The notes: a model not told the origin generated them from the sequence alone. DNA of 64,000 nt from Octopus vulgaris (GCA_951406725.2 OX597830.1:12028001-12092000); one strand, 5' to 3'; shown: positions 39,288 to 53,039, counted from the stretch's first letter. A program made the numbers and translations.

Positions 39288-40704
39288 TACACACACACAC
39301 ACACACACACATTTATCACATTTTATCTTTTATCTTGTACTTGTTTCAGTCATTCGACTGAGGCCATGCTGGGGCATTGCCTTGAAGAATATTAGTTGAA
39401 TGAATAGACCCCTGTACTCATTTTTTCAAGCCTTGTTCTTATTCTATCAATCACTTTTGCTGAACCACTAAGTTATAGAGATGGTTGTCGAGCAGTAGGA
39501 GGGATGACAAACACAGACACAGAGACACACACACATTTATTTATCTATCTATATAAAAAAAGAAAAACTTGTGACTTCACAATGATTAAAAAGTGAATAT
39601 TTTATGTGTATTCTCTGTTTCTCTTTAAACTGTTAATTATTTCTCTACGCACTGGGGTCAATGTAATCCACTTAATCCGTTTGTCTGTCCTTGTTTGTCC
39701 CCTCTGTGTTTAGCCCCTTGTGGGTAGTAAAGAAATATATTTCTCCTATATCGAAAAGAATGAAACTTCAATTGGGACAACTGGATTTTCAGAAGTGTAA
39801 AGTACTAAGAATGGTCAAACTAACCAACCATAAACATTGGTACACAAGCTCATGAATAATAACCAGAAATATCAATTGATAATAGTGCAGAACTGGTGCC
39901 TGCTTGGATAATATACCCCCATAAACAAAATATTCCAGGATCCTCAACTCCTTTGATGAACATATCCAGCAGCATTAATTCTAAGACCCTGTGCAAAAAT
40001 GAGAGATGGTATGGCATGACTTCCATTACTCATCACTCTTAAAACCATCACAATTGCTAAAAAAAAAGTGTCTACTGCTCAAGGGATATCAGAAGGATCT
40101 GCACATAGCCATCTGTCATTTCTCCTGTTAGACCTTTTGGTCATGGTTGAGATTTTTCTCATCAGAGAAGAACCAAAACATGTTATGTTCATGGGGGTTT
40201 TTAACATTGCTCAGTAATCTTTTATCGCAGATTCTTCTGTGTCTTTGCAGACCTGAATAGGCTTCTCCTTAGAATGTTCAACGTATATCAAATACCTTTA
40301 TGTACCACAGTTCTGGTAGTCCAGTCTAACACTTGCAGTTCTTTGGTGATGGTCCTTTGATGAATTGTGGTATTCTTATAAGGCCCAAAACTTTAGAATG
40401 TTATTTTTTTAATGTTTTTGATACAGTTGAAAGATTCCCACTGGGGGTTTCCAACTCCCTTTAGATTTTATGTACAAAAGATCTTGCAACATTTTGAAAG
40501 CTGGTAATTTTTAAATTACTGTGTTTCACACATATGGCGACAATGAATGCTTGTCTTTTCATTTCTTGTATTAGTATTTTACATATTTTACCTGACATAA
40601 GGGATCTAAAGAAATAGAAACCTTTGAATTCATTTTAAGAGAGGAAAAAGTAAAATAATGATAATTAAGTGTTTTCAAATATTCCTGGTATCCTGAATGT
40701 GTAA

Positions 40705-40737
<33 letters not shown>

Positions 40738-40979
40738 AATATGTATATTTGAAAAAATATACAGTGTGGAAAATTATAGAAATTCTTCTACCAGTGGCCT
40801 AGTATGCAGAAAGTAGTCAATAGACTATATATTATTGTTATAAAATTAGTGTACATTTAAACACATAAGAGGCGCCCTGACAGGACACCTAACATGCTAG
40901 AAGGAACAGTCAAAATCCAAACCATGGTTAGGAGTAATTTCGAAGAGAATGAAAAATAAAACATTTACCTTATTTTTGT

Positions 40980-41051
40980 TACCGGACAATGGTTTTGAAC
41001 TTTAATTAGCAAATAAAATAATTTGCTAGGCAAAGTTCTCATCAGCAGATA
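40980..41051 (-). ncRNA. Type I hammerhead motif, G12A
   Basis: - strand uaucug CUGAUGA gaacuuu gcc uagcaaau uauuuu auuugcua auu aaaguuc AAAAC cauu GUC cggua; lies between inverted repeats 40839-40929 and 41083-41173. Confidence 0.6.
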
Positions 41052-41165
41052 CGCCAAAGATTAACATATAATTATGAGGCAAAACCGTGGTTTGGATTTT
41101 AACTGTTCCTTCTAGCATGTTAGGTGTCCTGTCAGTGCAACTCTTATGTGTCTAAATGAACACTG

Positions 41166-41208
<43 letters not shown>

Positions 41209-41209
41209 A

Positions 41210-41810
41210 CTGGCACCTGTGCCGGTGGCATGTAAAAAGCACCATCCGATCATGGCCATTTGCCAGTCTTGTCTGGCACCTGTGCCAGTGGCATGTAAAA
41301 ATCCCCATCCAATTGGGGCCATTTGCCAGCCTCGTCTGGCACCTGTGCCGGTGGCATGTAAAAAGTACCATCCGATTCTGGCCGTTTGCCAGCCTCATCT
41401 GGCACCTGTGCTGGTGGCATGTAAAAAGCACCATCCGATTCTGGCCGTTTGCCAGCCTCATCTGGCACCTGTGCTGGTGGCATGTAAAAAGCACCATCCG
41501 ATTCTGGCCGTTTGCCAGCCTCGTCTGGCACCTGTGCCGGTGGCATGTAAAAAGCACCATCCGATCGTGGCCATTTGCCAGCCTCGTCTGGCACCTGTGC
41601 CAGTGGCATGTAAAAATCCCCAACCAATTGGGGCCATTTGCCAGCCTCGTCTGGCACCTGTGCTGGTGGCATGTAAAAAGCACCATCCGATCGTGGCCAT
41701 TTGCCAGCCTCGTCTGGCACCTGTGCTGGTGGCACGTAAAAAGCACCATCCGATCGTGGCCATTTGCCAGCCTTGTCTGGCACCTGTGCCGGCGGCATGT
41801 AAAAAGCACC
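41210..41810 (+). repeat. 63-bp tandem array, 9.5 units, heading a non-LTR 3' tail (to ~41984)
   Basis: Units start at 41210+63n: ctggcacctgtgccggtggcatgtaaaaagcaccatccgatcgtggccatttgccagcctcgt; followed by the same tail as 4960-5170. Confidence 0.95.
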
Positions 41811-42104
41811 CACTACACACTCATGGAGTGGTTGGCGTTAGGAAGGGCATCCAGCCGTAGAAACATTGCCAGATCAGACTGGGCCTGGTGCAGCCTCCTG
41901 GCCTCCCAGACCCCAGTTGAACCGTCCAACCCATGCTAGCATGGAAAGCGGACACTAAACGATGATGATGATGATGATGATGATATAATCATAACAATAA
42001 TCCTAGGATGGAATTTATAAACATTTAATGCATTGCTGCATGCATTTCCATAAATCACATGACTTTTAAGATCCCAATCCATATTCCTGTGATGATTACA
42101 GTGT

Positions 42105-42516
42105 TGTCCAAGTCTCCATGGGCATCCAGCTGACCATCATCATCGATTCCTTTCTTCAGATGATATAATATTAATGGATGAACCACAGAGGGATGTTTTT
42201 CTCTTTTTACCAGTATGAAGATCAAATGAGTTTTGAGGGTATTTCTGTGTATATTTGATGGGGAGATTAGTAGAAGATGATGAGGATTCACCTTCCTCTA
42301 TTCTCATCACCTCCCTCTATTGGGAACACCTCTATTTCCATCACTTTCTATTCCTCCCTTCCTAATATTCACAGAAATACCCACATAACTCGTTTGACCT
42401 TCATACTGGTAAAAGAGAAAAATCTCCCTCATTAGTGGCTCATCCACTAATATTATATCACCTGAAGAGATGAATCAATGAAGATGATCAACTGGATACC
42501 TACGGATACTATGGAC
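42105..42516. repeat. Diverged fold-back, arms ~42105-42255 and ~42364-42516
   Basis: ttttaccagtatgaagatcaaatgagtt..gggtatttctgtg vs cacagaaataccc..aactcgtttgaccttcatactggtaaaa; related to the 37815-38050 repeat. Confidence 0.8.
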
Positions 42517-42586
42517 TACGCTTCTTTGCACCTTCTTTGTAGCAAGAAACCTGTTCTATGCTGGCTCCTTCTCTCATACTTTAACC

Positions 42587-42805
42587 CAGTGGTTTTCAAC
42601 CAGGCTTCCTCGGAACCTTAGGGTTCTGCCAGTACAGTCCAGGGGTTCCGCAAGAAGTTACAAAATTGCTAAAATCGGCAGTAATTTTTAAATCTCCTGT
42701 GCAGATACGTGTGCATAAGACTATTAAATTATTGCACAGGGGTTCCTCGAGCCAGTGGAATGTTTCCTTGGGGTTCCGCTCCAGCAAAAAGTTTGAAAAG
42801 CACTG
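42587..42805. mobile_element. hAT (Charlie-type) MITE
   Basis: TIRs CAGTGGTTTTCAAC / TTTGAAAAGCACTG; 8-bp TSD ctttaacc (42579-42586, 42806-42813). Confidence 0.9.
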
Positions 42806-43057
42806 CTTTAACCCCTCATAGCCTAGCTTAAAGCTGCCTCCTTCTCTATTGTAGCCCACTCAGTTGAAGGGGATCATAGTCTTGCACACTGCATGGCCAA
42901 CACACATGCACATATGTATGTATATTTGTATAATCTGTACACACACACACACATGCACTTTTCATGCAACAATCGAAACAATTCATCTTTAGATTTAGAT
43001 TTCTGTCGAGATTATCGTATAGTTCTATCTAGTATGCTCCAAAGATTTTCAATTGGG

Positions 43058-43478
43058 TGGAGTGGCTGTGTGGTAAGTAGCTTGTTTACCAACCACATGG
43101 TTCCGGGTTTAGTCCCACTGCATGGCACCTTGGGCAAGTGTCTTCTACTATAGCCTCACGCCGACCAAAGCCTTGTGAGTGTATTTGGTAGACGGAAACT
43201 GAAAGAAGCTCGTCGTATATATGTATATATATATATATATATATGCGTGTGTGTGTTTGTGTGTCTGTGTTTGTCCCCCTAACATTGCTTGACAACCGAT
43301 GCTGGTGTGTTTGTGTCCCCGTTACTTAGCGGTTCGGCAAAAGAGACCGATAGAATAAGTACTGGACTTACAAAAGAATAAGTCCCAGGGTCGAGTTGTT
43401 CGATTAAAGGTGGTGCTCCAGCATGGCTACAGTCAAATGACTGAAACAAGTAAAAGAGTAAAAGAGTAAAAGAGAGTA
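43058..43478 (+). mobile_element. SINE family A
   Basis: ggagtggctgtgtggtaag...(aaaagagt)n tail. Confidence 0.92.
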
Positions 43479-44377
43479 TATCAGGAGATTGGCTCAGTCA
43501 AGGAAGCTTTTTGATCCCATTTTCAGTCAACCATTGTTTGATTCCTTTTCACTGTGTGGCATGGAGCCCTATCTTCCATGAATAAAAACTCACTTTTCTT
43601 TATGTTATCGTGTGAATACATTATCCACCATATGTACATATAGGACTAAATATTAAAATTATGTACCCTTACATGCCTACATGTGCACATACACATGCAC
43701 ACACACATGTGTGTACCCCCTACACGAAAGGAACAACAGTGATGATTTAGAGAACTGATTAAAATAAATGTTGAAGAGGTAGAGGCAGGCCAAGGAGAAA
43801 GTGAAGTGTTTTGGCATAAATTACAGGAAATGTGACTCACAAAAAAAGTTCACTGTAAAGCCATTTTACAGTATGAACAGGAATAACCGTTGAGATTTTA
43901 AGACATGTCAATGAAGAAGAATTAAACCTTAAACTGATGAGGATGATGGTATAAGTAGTGTATGAATTTTTTCTTAGTAATAAAGTAAATGTAATCATAA
44001 AGATGCTAATGAAATTAGAGAATAAAATCTAGAGATATAAATTTACCAAGGGAAACAACAAAAGGCAGGTTTCCTGTAAGTTACTTCAGAAACTTATATT
44101 GAATGTTTTAATTTGTAAACAAAGTTCCTGCAAGTGAGTTTTATATTTGTAGATTTAAGGAATATCAAGGAATATGTTGTCACGAAACGTGTATAGTCTA
44201 GATAATCTAAAGTATATGATTTGTAATAAGAATTGAAGGTACTAATTTTGATAATTTGGAATAAGAATTGTAGGTATTAATTTTGATAATTTTAATATTT
44301 AGTCTTATATGTACATATGGTGAATAATGTCATTCAATGATGATTGAGTTGCTTGAGGGTGATACTGTCTCTTAAAC

Positions 44378-44421
<44 letters not shown>

Positions 44422-44599
44422 TTAGAGACAAAACCACTATTTTGTAAATCAAACAAGGAAAGACTTAATCAATACATAAAAAAATTTTAATATAAAGTAA
44501 ATAAATAAATAAATAAATATATATATATATACATGTTCATACAAAATGTACATATGTATATGATCTCATTAAGGTGGCTTTTAAGCTAGTATATAGTTT

Positions 44600-45321
44600 T
44601 TAAGTAACTGATCCTGAATGGGAAGATCTGCAAACAGATCTCAGACTTGTTTTGGAGAATTTGTTGCAATTGCTTCCTCCAGAATTATATCCCAATGATA
44701 ATCATATTTGTCACCAAAAACATGTAAAAAAAAATTGCCACAAACAATCGCAGTAATGAAAACTTGGGAATCCCAAATTTCAGGATTGCAGGTCCAGATT
44801 GGCCTGGAATGTTTTTAATTTACTCATGGAGTTAACTTTTAGATTATAAAAATTGTTATTGTGCAAAAAAATTTGTCATAAAAAGTCAGGTAAAAAAATC
44901 ACGGCAATGAATACTTGGGAATCCAAAATTTCAGGATTGTGGGTCCGGATTTGGCCAGGAATGTATTTGATTTACTCACAGAGTCAGCCTGAATCCAAAA
45001 TAGTATGATATATTGGGCTACAGCATCTAGGATTAAAGTTGAAAAAGTGTGATGCACTGACACACTGACTTACACATTTATTATATTATTTTATATTATT
45101 ATATTATATTAAGGCGGTGAGCTGGTAGAAGCATTAGCACACCAAGCTTAGCAGTATTTCATCTGCCGTTAGGTTTTGAGTTCAAATTCTGCTGAGGTCG
45201 ACTTTACCTTTGATACTTTTGGGGTTGATAAAGTTGGTACCAGTTATGTACTGGGATCGATGTAATCGACTTAATTCATTCCCCTAAAATTTGAGGCCTT
45301 GTGCACATTTATTATATTAGA
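44600..45321 (-). mobile_element. Helitron-like element with ~150-bp internal duplication, interrupted by SINE D (45112-45302)
   Basis: 5' end A|TCTAATATAATAAATGTG on the - strand; cacatttattatatta duplicated around the SINE; a related 5' end lies at ~45842. Confidence 0.5.
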
Positions 45322-45363
45322 TAGGTTTAATTTTGGGGAAACTTTATTTTAAAGTGTATTTTA

Positions 45364-45397
<34 letters not shown>

Positions 45398-45659
45398 TGT
45401 GTGTGTATTAAAGAAAGCAAAAATAAAACAAAAATGATAGCGTTCAGTATGCTGGTGATAGGAATTTCTGTCAGAGACATGGTTGAACAAATTTGTACAT
45501 CATCTTCTTTCTCTGACATACCCACTCTTTCTCTCTCTTTTATTATTACTCCCACTGCCACCATCAACACTACTGCTTTTAATAAAACATCATCAACTCT
45601 CCCTAAATTTTTTTGTCTCTCTTTCTCTTCCTCTCTTTTTCTTTCTTTCTTTTTTTTTC

Positions 45660-45696
<37 letters not shown>

Positions 45697-46089
45697 TCAC
45701 CACCGCCCTCACCATTTCTATGCCTAGTATTACTGTCACCCCTTCATGAGGAATCGTAGGAGTGTCATCAAATAGTGAGAGAGGGGGTTTAAGTGTGACA
45801 CACTGACACACAGAAATTAGTTTTTGCATTTATTATATTAGATATATATATATATATGTGATGTTTCAAAATTAAACCAGGTTCTATTTACCAGCTGATG
45901 ATTGGAAATGAATAATTTTAAGTACTGAAAACTGGAGCCTTTCAATTATAATGTATTAAACAATACTCTACATTTGTATTGAATCCTGTAATTTATCCCT
46001 TCTAGAGGATATATTGCATGTCTTCCCTACAGGACATTTAGATTTATCTCCATATTTATGTTATTATATATTTGCTTATGAAGCACCGT

Positions 46090-46308
46090 CTCAGCAAATT
46101 ATGGCAATGGTTGGGACCAAGCTTTGTATTAAATCTGTGGAAGGATAATTTAAATCCAGGTACAACAACTATCTTTTAATCTTTAGACATCCCTAGAAGA
46201 GACAAGCAACAACTCTGTCTGCATTAATCTGGAAATTTAAGGACAGCTGCATCAAATGGAAGATCCTTTCTTAGGCCAAACCTTATATTAATGGGTCAAT
46301 AAAATGTT
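46090..46308 (+). pseudogene. Penelope-like element GIY-YIG endonuclease fragment
   Basis: Translates RYNNYLLIFRHP*KRQATTLSALIWKFKDSCIKWKILS*AKPYINGSIKC (PLE RYxxH..TxLS..IW.LK..I.W.IL..PY..C motif). Confidence 0.65.
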
Positions 46309-46319
46309 TTTTTTTTTTT

Positions 46320-46525
46320 TTACTTGTTTCAGTCATTTGAGTGCGGCCATGCTGGAGCACCACCTTTAGTCGAGCAAATCGACCCCGGGACTTATTCTTT
46401 GTAAGCCTAGTACGTATTCTATCGGCCTCTTTTGCCGAACCGCTAAGTGACAGGGATGTAAACACCCCAGCATCGGTTGTCAAGCAATGCTAGGGGGACA
46501 AACACAGACACACAAACACACACAA

Positions 46526-46556
<31 letters not shown>

Positions 46557-46690
46557 CATATATACGACAGGCTTCTTTCAGTTTCCGTCTACCAAATCCA
46601 CTCACAAGGCATTGGTCGGCCCGGGGCTATAGCAGAAGACACTTGCCCAAGATGCCACGCAGTGGGACTGAACCCGGAACCATGTGGTTT
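46320..46690 (-). mobile_element. SINE family A
   Basis: Body intact, head truncated. Confidence 0.9.
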
Positions 46691-48377
46691 GCTTGAAAAA
46701 CCGTGTAATTTAAAAATCTTAAATACCTCCAGTGACCATGCGAGTACTGGGAGTAAGACTTTTACTTTATGTCTGTGTTTTACAAAATACATCTTGGTGG
46801 AAATTAATGATAAACCACCTGACACATCATAAATCACTCCATTGTTGGTTTATGTAATTTTGATATTTGTAAGGCATTGGATATATTTATTGTGAAGTTA
46901 ATTATCTCACTTGTGTTTCTCTCTGTCATTTTCTAAATGTACCTGCTCATTCAGATGTTGATTGCATCAAACACAATTACTAAACAAATCTTATTGTTTT
47001 ACCGAGTTTGATAAATGGCAAAATAAATTAAAATTTTGGCCAGGAAACCCTGGGTAGTTTATGCACATAAGTAATATATTAGCAGTATTTTCTCATTTCA
47101 TTCTTTTTTAGTTTTGCATTTTCAGAAACACTTTCAAGTTTAATGGTAACCGTCAATAATTTTTTACATAGCAACAGCAAATCTTTCTAAGAGAATATTT
47201 ACATAGCAACAACAATTATAACTAAAATGATATTGCTATGTAGTCAAGGGGAGAAAACCTATAAAATGCTTTTAGTATTGCAACAGTTTGTGAGTGAATG
47301 TTATTTTCAAATCCAGTTAAGTTCAAATTAATATTAGTATCCATTCAGAATTGGTTTGAATTTCTTTTCTTTGCTTTTGCTTCACTTGAGTCATAAGTTT
47401 TATAAAATGGAAATATCAAAGAAATTCTTCTTACAGTATGTTTTCAAATGACTACTTAATAAGATGTCTCTGACATTAAGGTCACTAATTTACTGGCAGT
47501 CTACTTGTATGTGTTCTGATAATGAATTTCCAGATTGGCCCGTATATATTTCTTTATAATTTAGACATTTAATAGTGTCAACCAGATTTCTGCTTTTTGC
47601 AATTCATTTTGCATTTGTAAATATCTTCCCTGTATTTGAGATTCTATGATGACAATCATATATAAATCAACATATACCACAATGACTATCATTGTATTTA
47701 AATCTGCAAAGATTTTATCATTGTCATTAAGATCAAACTTTGCTTTGCCAACAATTGTTTCAAGTTTTTCAGCTGCTATTTGACCAAGCATTCAATTGAT
47801 TTTTAAATCCTTAATTTATTTGTCTAGTTTGATGACTTTAAAAATATTCTGATTACATGGATTATGTATCATGAGAAAATTTAGTTATATGTGTTCTACA
47901 TTTTTTGATTGCTTGAAGTTATTCTACAGGTATTGTTTTTCATGTTCTATACCATTTCGTATAAATAGGAGTGAATATTATTGTTTAAGTAGAAATCCTT
48001 CGAGTTCTGTGACTATGCCTTTATTTCAACTAATCTCGAAAAAATATTGAGAATTTGGTAAAATAGCCTTCATGTTATTAAGTGGGTGTCTGGAACATAA
48101 ATTGACATGAAATTTTGAATAGGAAATTTCTATCATAGAACTAGGATCTGTTTCATGCAGGCGGTGCTAAAAGGTTAAGTAGCTATTTGCAAAGGTATAG
48201 CAGTAAGTTCTTTTTTTATATTTCCGTTTTATAAACTTTGTGACTTAGATGAAGTTACAAGTATGGCAAAAGAAAAAATTTTGGTGAGGAAGTTCAAACT
48301 AGTGCTGAATAGTTACAGTTGCTATATAAACTTTGATTTCAAGATTGTTGTAAAATATGAATGCAATTTTGAACATG

Positions 48378-48546
48378 CGTAGGAGTGGCTGTGTGGTAAG
48401 TAGCTTGCTTACGAACCACATGGTTCTGGGTTCAATCCCACTGTGTGGCACCTTGGACAAGTGTCTTCTACTATAGCCTTGGGCTAACCAAAGCCTTGTG
48501 AGTGGATTTGGTAGACAGAAACTGAAAGAAGCCCGTCATATATATG

Positions 48547-48587
<41 letters not shown>

Positions 48588-48804
48588 GTGTGTTTGTGTG
48601 TCTGTGTTTGTCCTCCCAACATCGCTTGACAGCCAATGCTGGTGTGTCTATGTCCCCGTAACTTAGCGGTTCAACAAAAAAGACCGATAGAATAAGTACT
48701 AGGCTTACAAAGAATAAGTCCTGGGGTCGATTTGCTCGACTAAAGGTGGTGCTCCAGCATGGCTACAGTCAAATGACAGAAACAAATAAAAGAGTAAAGA
48801 GAGT
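48378..48804 (+). mobile_element. SINE family A
   Basis: Full body. Confidence 0.92.
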
Positions 48805-49184
48805 ATGCAAAAATACAAAACAAAAGAAGAAAAATGAAATGTGAGAATCTAATTATGATGGAACTAATATTGCACTGAAACTGTGCTTACATTCTGGCAT
48901 CCATGGCTGATTAGAGAATTTCCATGTTATATTTGTCATTTGTCTTTTATGTTAATTGTTCCCATCTTTCATTTTGATTTCTCTCTATCTCTCTCACACA
49001 CACACACAAAGTAAAGAATGGGATTTATGGCATTGCATTTATTCCATGGTTTACAATTGTTTCATCAACTTGCAGGTGTCTGTAGACATGAATGATAACA
49101 ATGATTTAGTTATTTTACATTATAGCACCAGAAGTAATTTCATCAGAATCAATTGGAGAAAAATAATACCTATGATCAATATAT

Positions 49185-49460
49185 ATCATCATCATCATCA
49201 TCGTTTAACATCTGTTTTCCGTGCTAGCACGGGTTCGACGGTTTGACCGGGGTCTGGGAAGTCAGAAGGCTGCACCAGGCTCCAGTCTGATCTGGCAGTG
49301 TTTCTACAGCTCGATGCCCTTCCTAACGCCAACCACTCCGAGAGTGTAGTGGGTGCTTTTTACATGCCACTGGCACAGGTGCCAGGGGAGGCTGGCAGCG
49401 ACCATGATTGGTTGGTACTTTTTATGTGCTACCAGCACAGAAGCCAGTCAAGGCGGTGCT
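49185..49460 (-). mobile_element. Non-LTR 3' tail element, (ATC)n on + strand
   Basis: Reverse complement of the tail at 4960-5170 and 41777-41984. Confidence 0.8.
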
Positions 49461-49906
49461 AAGCCAATGGTCACTGCCTATGGCTACCTGATGTCATCTA
49501 CATTATTTATACAATTGTCACTGGATTTACCTTGGGAATTTCTCAGTGTTCATGATAAAGATGGAAAATGGAAGATATAAGAAACTTTATTGCTCACAAC
49601 GATTGTTTTGATGGACCATGCAATGATCCTTTGCAGATGGAATACCGTACAACTGGTTCTGATGCATCTCCTCAGGTGATGTTATACAGGGTGTCTTGTT
49701 AAATAACCTTTATTTTGCTTGCTTTTAATACAATATGCTGCTAGTGAAGTATGTGTAAGCCTAATGGCTTAAACACAATGTCACTGTTGTACCACAACCA
49801 GTTGTATAGTATCCCACCCATGAGAGGTTGATGCAAGATGCATTGAAATGATCATTGTGAGCAATGAAGTTTCTCGTATATTCCATTTTCCATCTCCATC
49901 ATTTGT

Positions 49907-49953
<47 letters not shown>

Positions 49954-50802
49954 CTTTTAGTGATGAATTATATGGTTATGGACGATGTGTCTAGTTTCGG
50001 CATATTTGGCATTAGAAATTTTTTTCTTTTGCCCTTGTTTATAAGTTGTTTATAAATTTAACCTTTAAAGGTATCTTTTAATATGCTGGCCATTGATAAA
50101 AGTTTTTTCGAAAAATTTTTATCCTATATTAGATGTAAATATATATATACATTATATATATATATATACATACACATGCATGCATACATTGTTATCTTTA
50201 CTATTTAACATTCACTTCACTATACTTGTATAGTAGCAGTATTAGTTGTCACTATATCTGTCTCACTAGTAGAAGTAGCTGTGATGGCTTAAGTATTAGT
50301 TGTAGTAGTAGTGGTGGTTGTGGCTGTTGCAGCAGCAGAAATGACCCCCAGCAGTCATCAGAAAGAAACCAACTTCCAACACCATTTGGTTCTTTGATAG
50401 AAAACCATGTGCACTTCCAGAACTGATTTCACGATTGCAACTACATGCGTATCCAATTTCCTTTGTTTCCATCAAAATACACGAGGTTTACAACAATACT
50501 GGATTTTCATTGTTACTACTTCATGAAGCTTTTGACATTCTCTGTTTCATTCTTTTCTTATCTTGCCACTTTCTTATAACCATGACAGCCCACCTCTTCA
50601 TCTGTTCATACTACTTGACTTTCAACAGTTACCAGTTTCTCAACATCAACTACTATTGACATTTTCTGGATTTTTTTCATTTCTATTTTCGTGTGGTCAT
50701 CACCCTGGGTTACAGCAAATAAAGTTTCTCCTATTATCATTGGCATGAACACTTTTATTCGAGTATTCTCCAAAATATAATTGTTTTGGAAAGTAAATAT
50801 TC

Positions 50803-51148
50803 CTTTTACTCTTTTACTTGTTTCAGTCATTTGACTGTGGCCATGCTGGAGCACCACCTTTAGTCAAGCAAATCGACCCCAATGCTTACTCCTTGTAAGC
50901 CTAGTACTTATTCTATCAGTCTCTTTTGCTGAACTGCTAAGTTACGGGGGACGTAAACATTGTCAAGCGATGTTGGGGGGGGGGACAAACACAGACACAC
51001 AAACACACACACATACACACACACACATATATATATACATATATACAATGAGCTTCTTTCAGTTTCTGTCTGCCAAATCCACTCACAGGCTTTGGTCAGC
51101 CCAAGGCTATAGTAGAAGACACTTGCCCAAGGTGCCATGCAGTAGGGC
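50803..51148 (-). mobile_element. SINE family A
   Basis: Full body with a small deletion. Confidence 0.88.
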
Positions 51149-51964
51149 TAAACCCGGAACCATGTGGTTGGTAAGCAAGCTATTTACAACACAGCCACTC
51201 CTATGCCCAAATTCTTGAAAAAAAAAAAAATTAATCAGTAATTGAAATTGAACGTTTGAAAGAAAGAATACATTATGAAAACACAAATATTGGTCACATA
51301 ATACTTAGCAACAATAGAAGTACTGAGACTGTAAAATACAGCAATGGAGCTAATATGTGCAACACAAAGTGAGTAACAAAACACCACAAACGCAGGGAGT
51401 GCACAACAATGAACAAAAAAAAAAAAAGACACCAAACCAGGACAACAGAAACAAAAATAGAAATGGAAAGGAATGTGAAGTGGACTTAAAAATTGGAAAT
51501 CCTGAAATTGGAAACCATTGTTATGATACTTTAAAATTGAGTCGTAATTCAAGATTTAAAAACTGTAGAACTTATTATTGACCGACAAAAGCAAATTAAA
51601 AAAAATAGACTCAAAGATAAGATACCAACAACAATAAATAAAAAACCCAATTCTGAATATCATAGATTTAATTGCAACAGAAGCAGACATTAATGTTAAA
51701 AGAAATAATATATGCAGCAGCTTCTGTGGATGGGGAAGGTGGGGATGGGGGGGCGTTATGAAGATGGGATGTGGGGGAGGGAGATGTGCAGAAAAGACAC
51801 ACTTTTATGTCCTCAATTTTACTTACCTTGACAGGTAAGCAATGCTTTTAAATAAAAATACAAAGGGCTGAGTGCTGATGCATCATCTTATAAAAGAAAC
51901 AACTGTAAGACTATGAAGTGCATTGCTTAATTTCGTGTTCCTTTATCATTTATTTAATTTCATA

Positions 51965-52305
51965 TCTCTATATATATATAAATGGCAAAATGTCTGTGTG
52001 TGTGTGTGTGTGCATGTCCTTTATACAAATCCACAATTTTTCAGTTAGAGGGCTCGCACTTTCTAAGGTCATTCAAAACCGTCCAAGGGTGGTCGTGCAC
52101 ATCTTTACATTTCTCCAGTCACCCTGTAAAGCCATTAAAAAATCAATAGAAGTGACTTTTTTGTGAATTTTCTATCCAAAACCCAACCAAAATGCCCGAA
52201 ACTTAATACGCCAATTGAATGCCAGCTAGCTGTATGTGATTGGTCGGAGATTTGGACAGTTCTCGCGTGTATGTGTGCATGCACGCAGCTGTATATGCAT
52301 GCTAG
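51965..52305 (+). mobile_element. Non-autonomous Helitron (family H1), 3' hairpin missing
   Basis: Near-identical to 12955-13285. Confidence 0.75.
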
Positions 52306-53039
52306 GTTAGAAACTGGCTCTTTCTCTATTGGCAAGAAATCTTGAAATAAAACTGAATAATGACATATATATATACATACATATATTCTTATATGATGGA
52401 AAACTGATAACAGAACAATGTTCTAGTTGTATCTTGTTTTTGTTAAAGTACTTTTCATATTTTTATACAAGTTCCTTTCTCATTTCAAACAACAAAATTA
52501 ATAAATACTCCCTTAAATTTTTCTAGACTTTCCCAATACCATCTTCAGGATGGGATATGTTATTGCCTTGCAAATTAGATTTGTATACACTTTGTCAGGA
52601 GAAATTGTGGAGACCATATTGACTTAATTTGAAATTTGATCCCTTAGATCTATGTCATCATTTATATGCTTATTATGCATGTGACATGTATACATGTATG
52701 CATATAAATGTCCACATGAAAGCATGTGGACTCGTGGTTATGGTGTTGTGCTCATAAATGCAAGTTCATGAGTTCAATTCCCAAACCGAACAGTGCATTA
52801 TGTTCTTCATTTCACATTACACCAGTCCATTCAGCTGTAAATGCATTACCCTGGACTGGTATTCTGTTCAAAAGAAATGTTGGCTTGTCCACCTAGCCAG
52901 TGGGTGGCACCATTCAAAGGCTACAACAATGCATAGAAGCCCATTGGGACCAGTGATAAAAAAAATAATAATCAAATGGCGGTGCCCAGCATGGCCACAG
53001 CTCGTGAGCTGAAACTAGAATCAATCAATCAATCAATGA

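Noticed and set aside
41144-41939. Five overlapping 120-221 aa ORFs, and a CRISPR-like appearance
   Set aside because: Stop-free 63-bp tandem repeat; the 'spacers' are near-identical variants, there are no cas genes, and the context is eukaryotic.
47561-47791. 76-aa ORF on the - strand
   Set aside because: No recognisable motif or splice signals; cannot be assigned.
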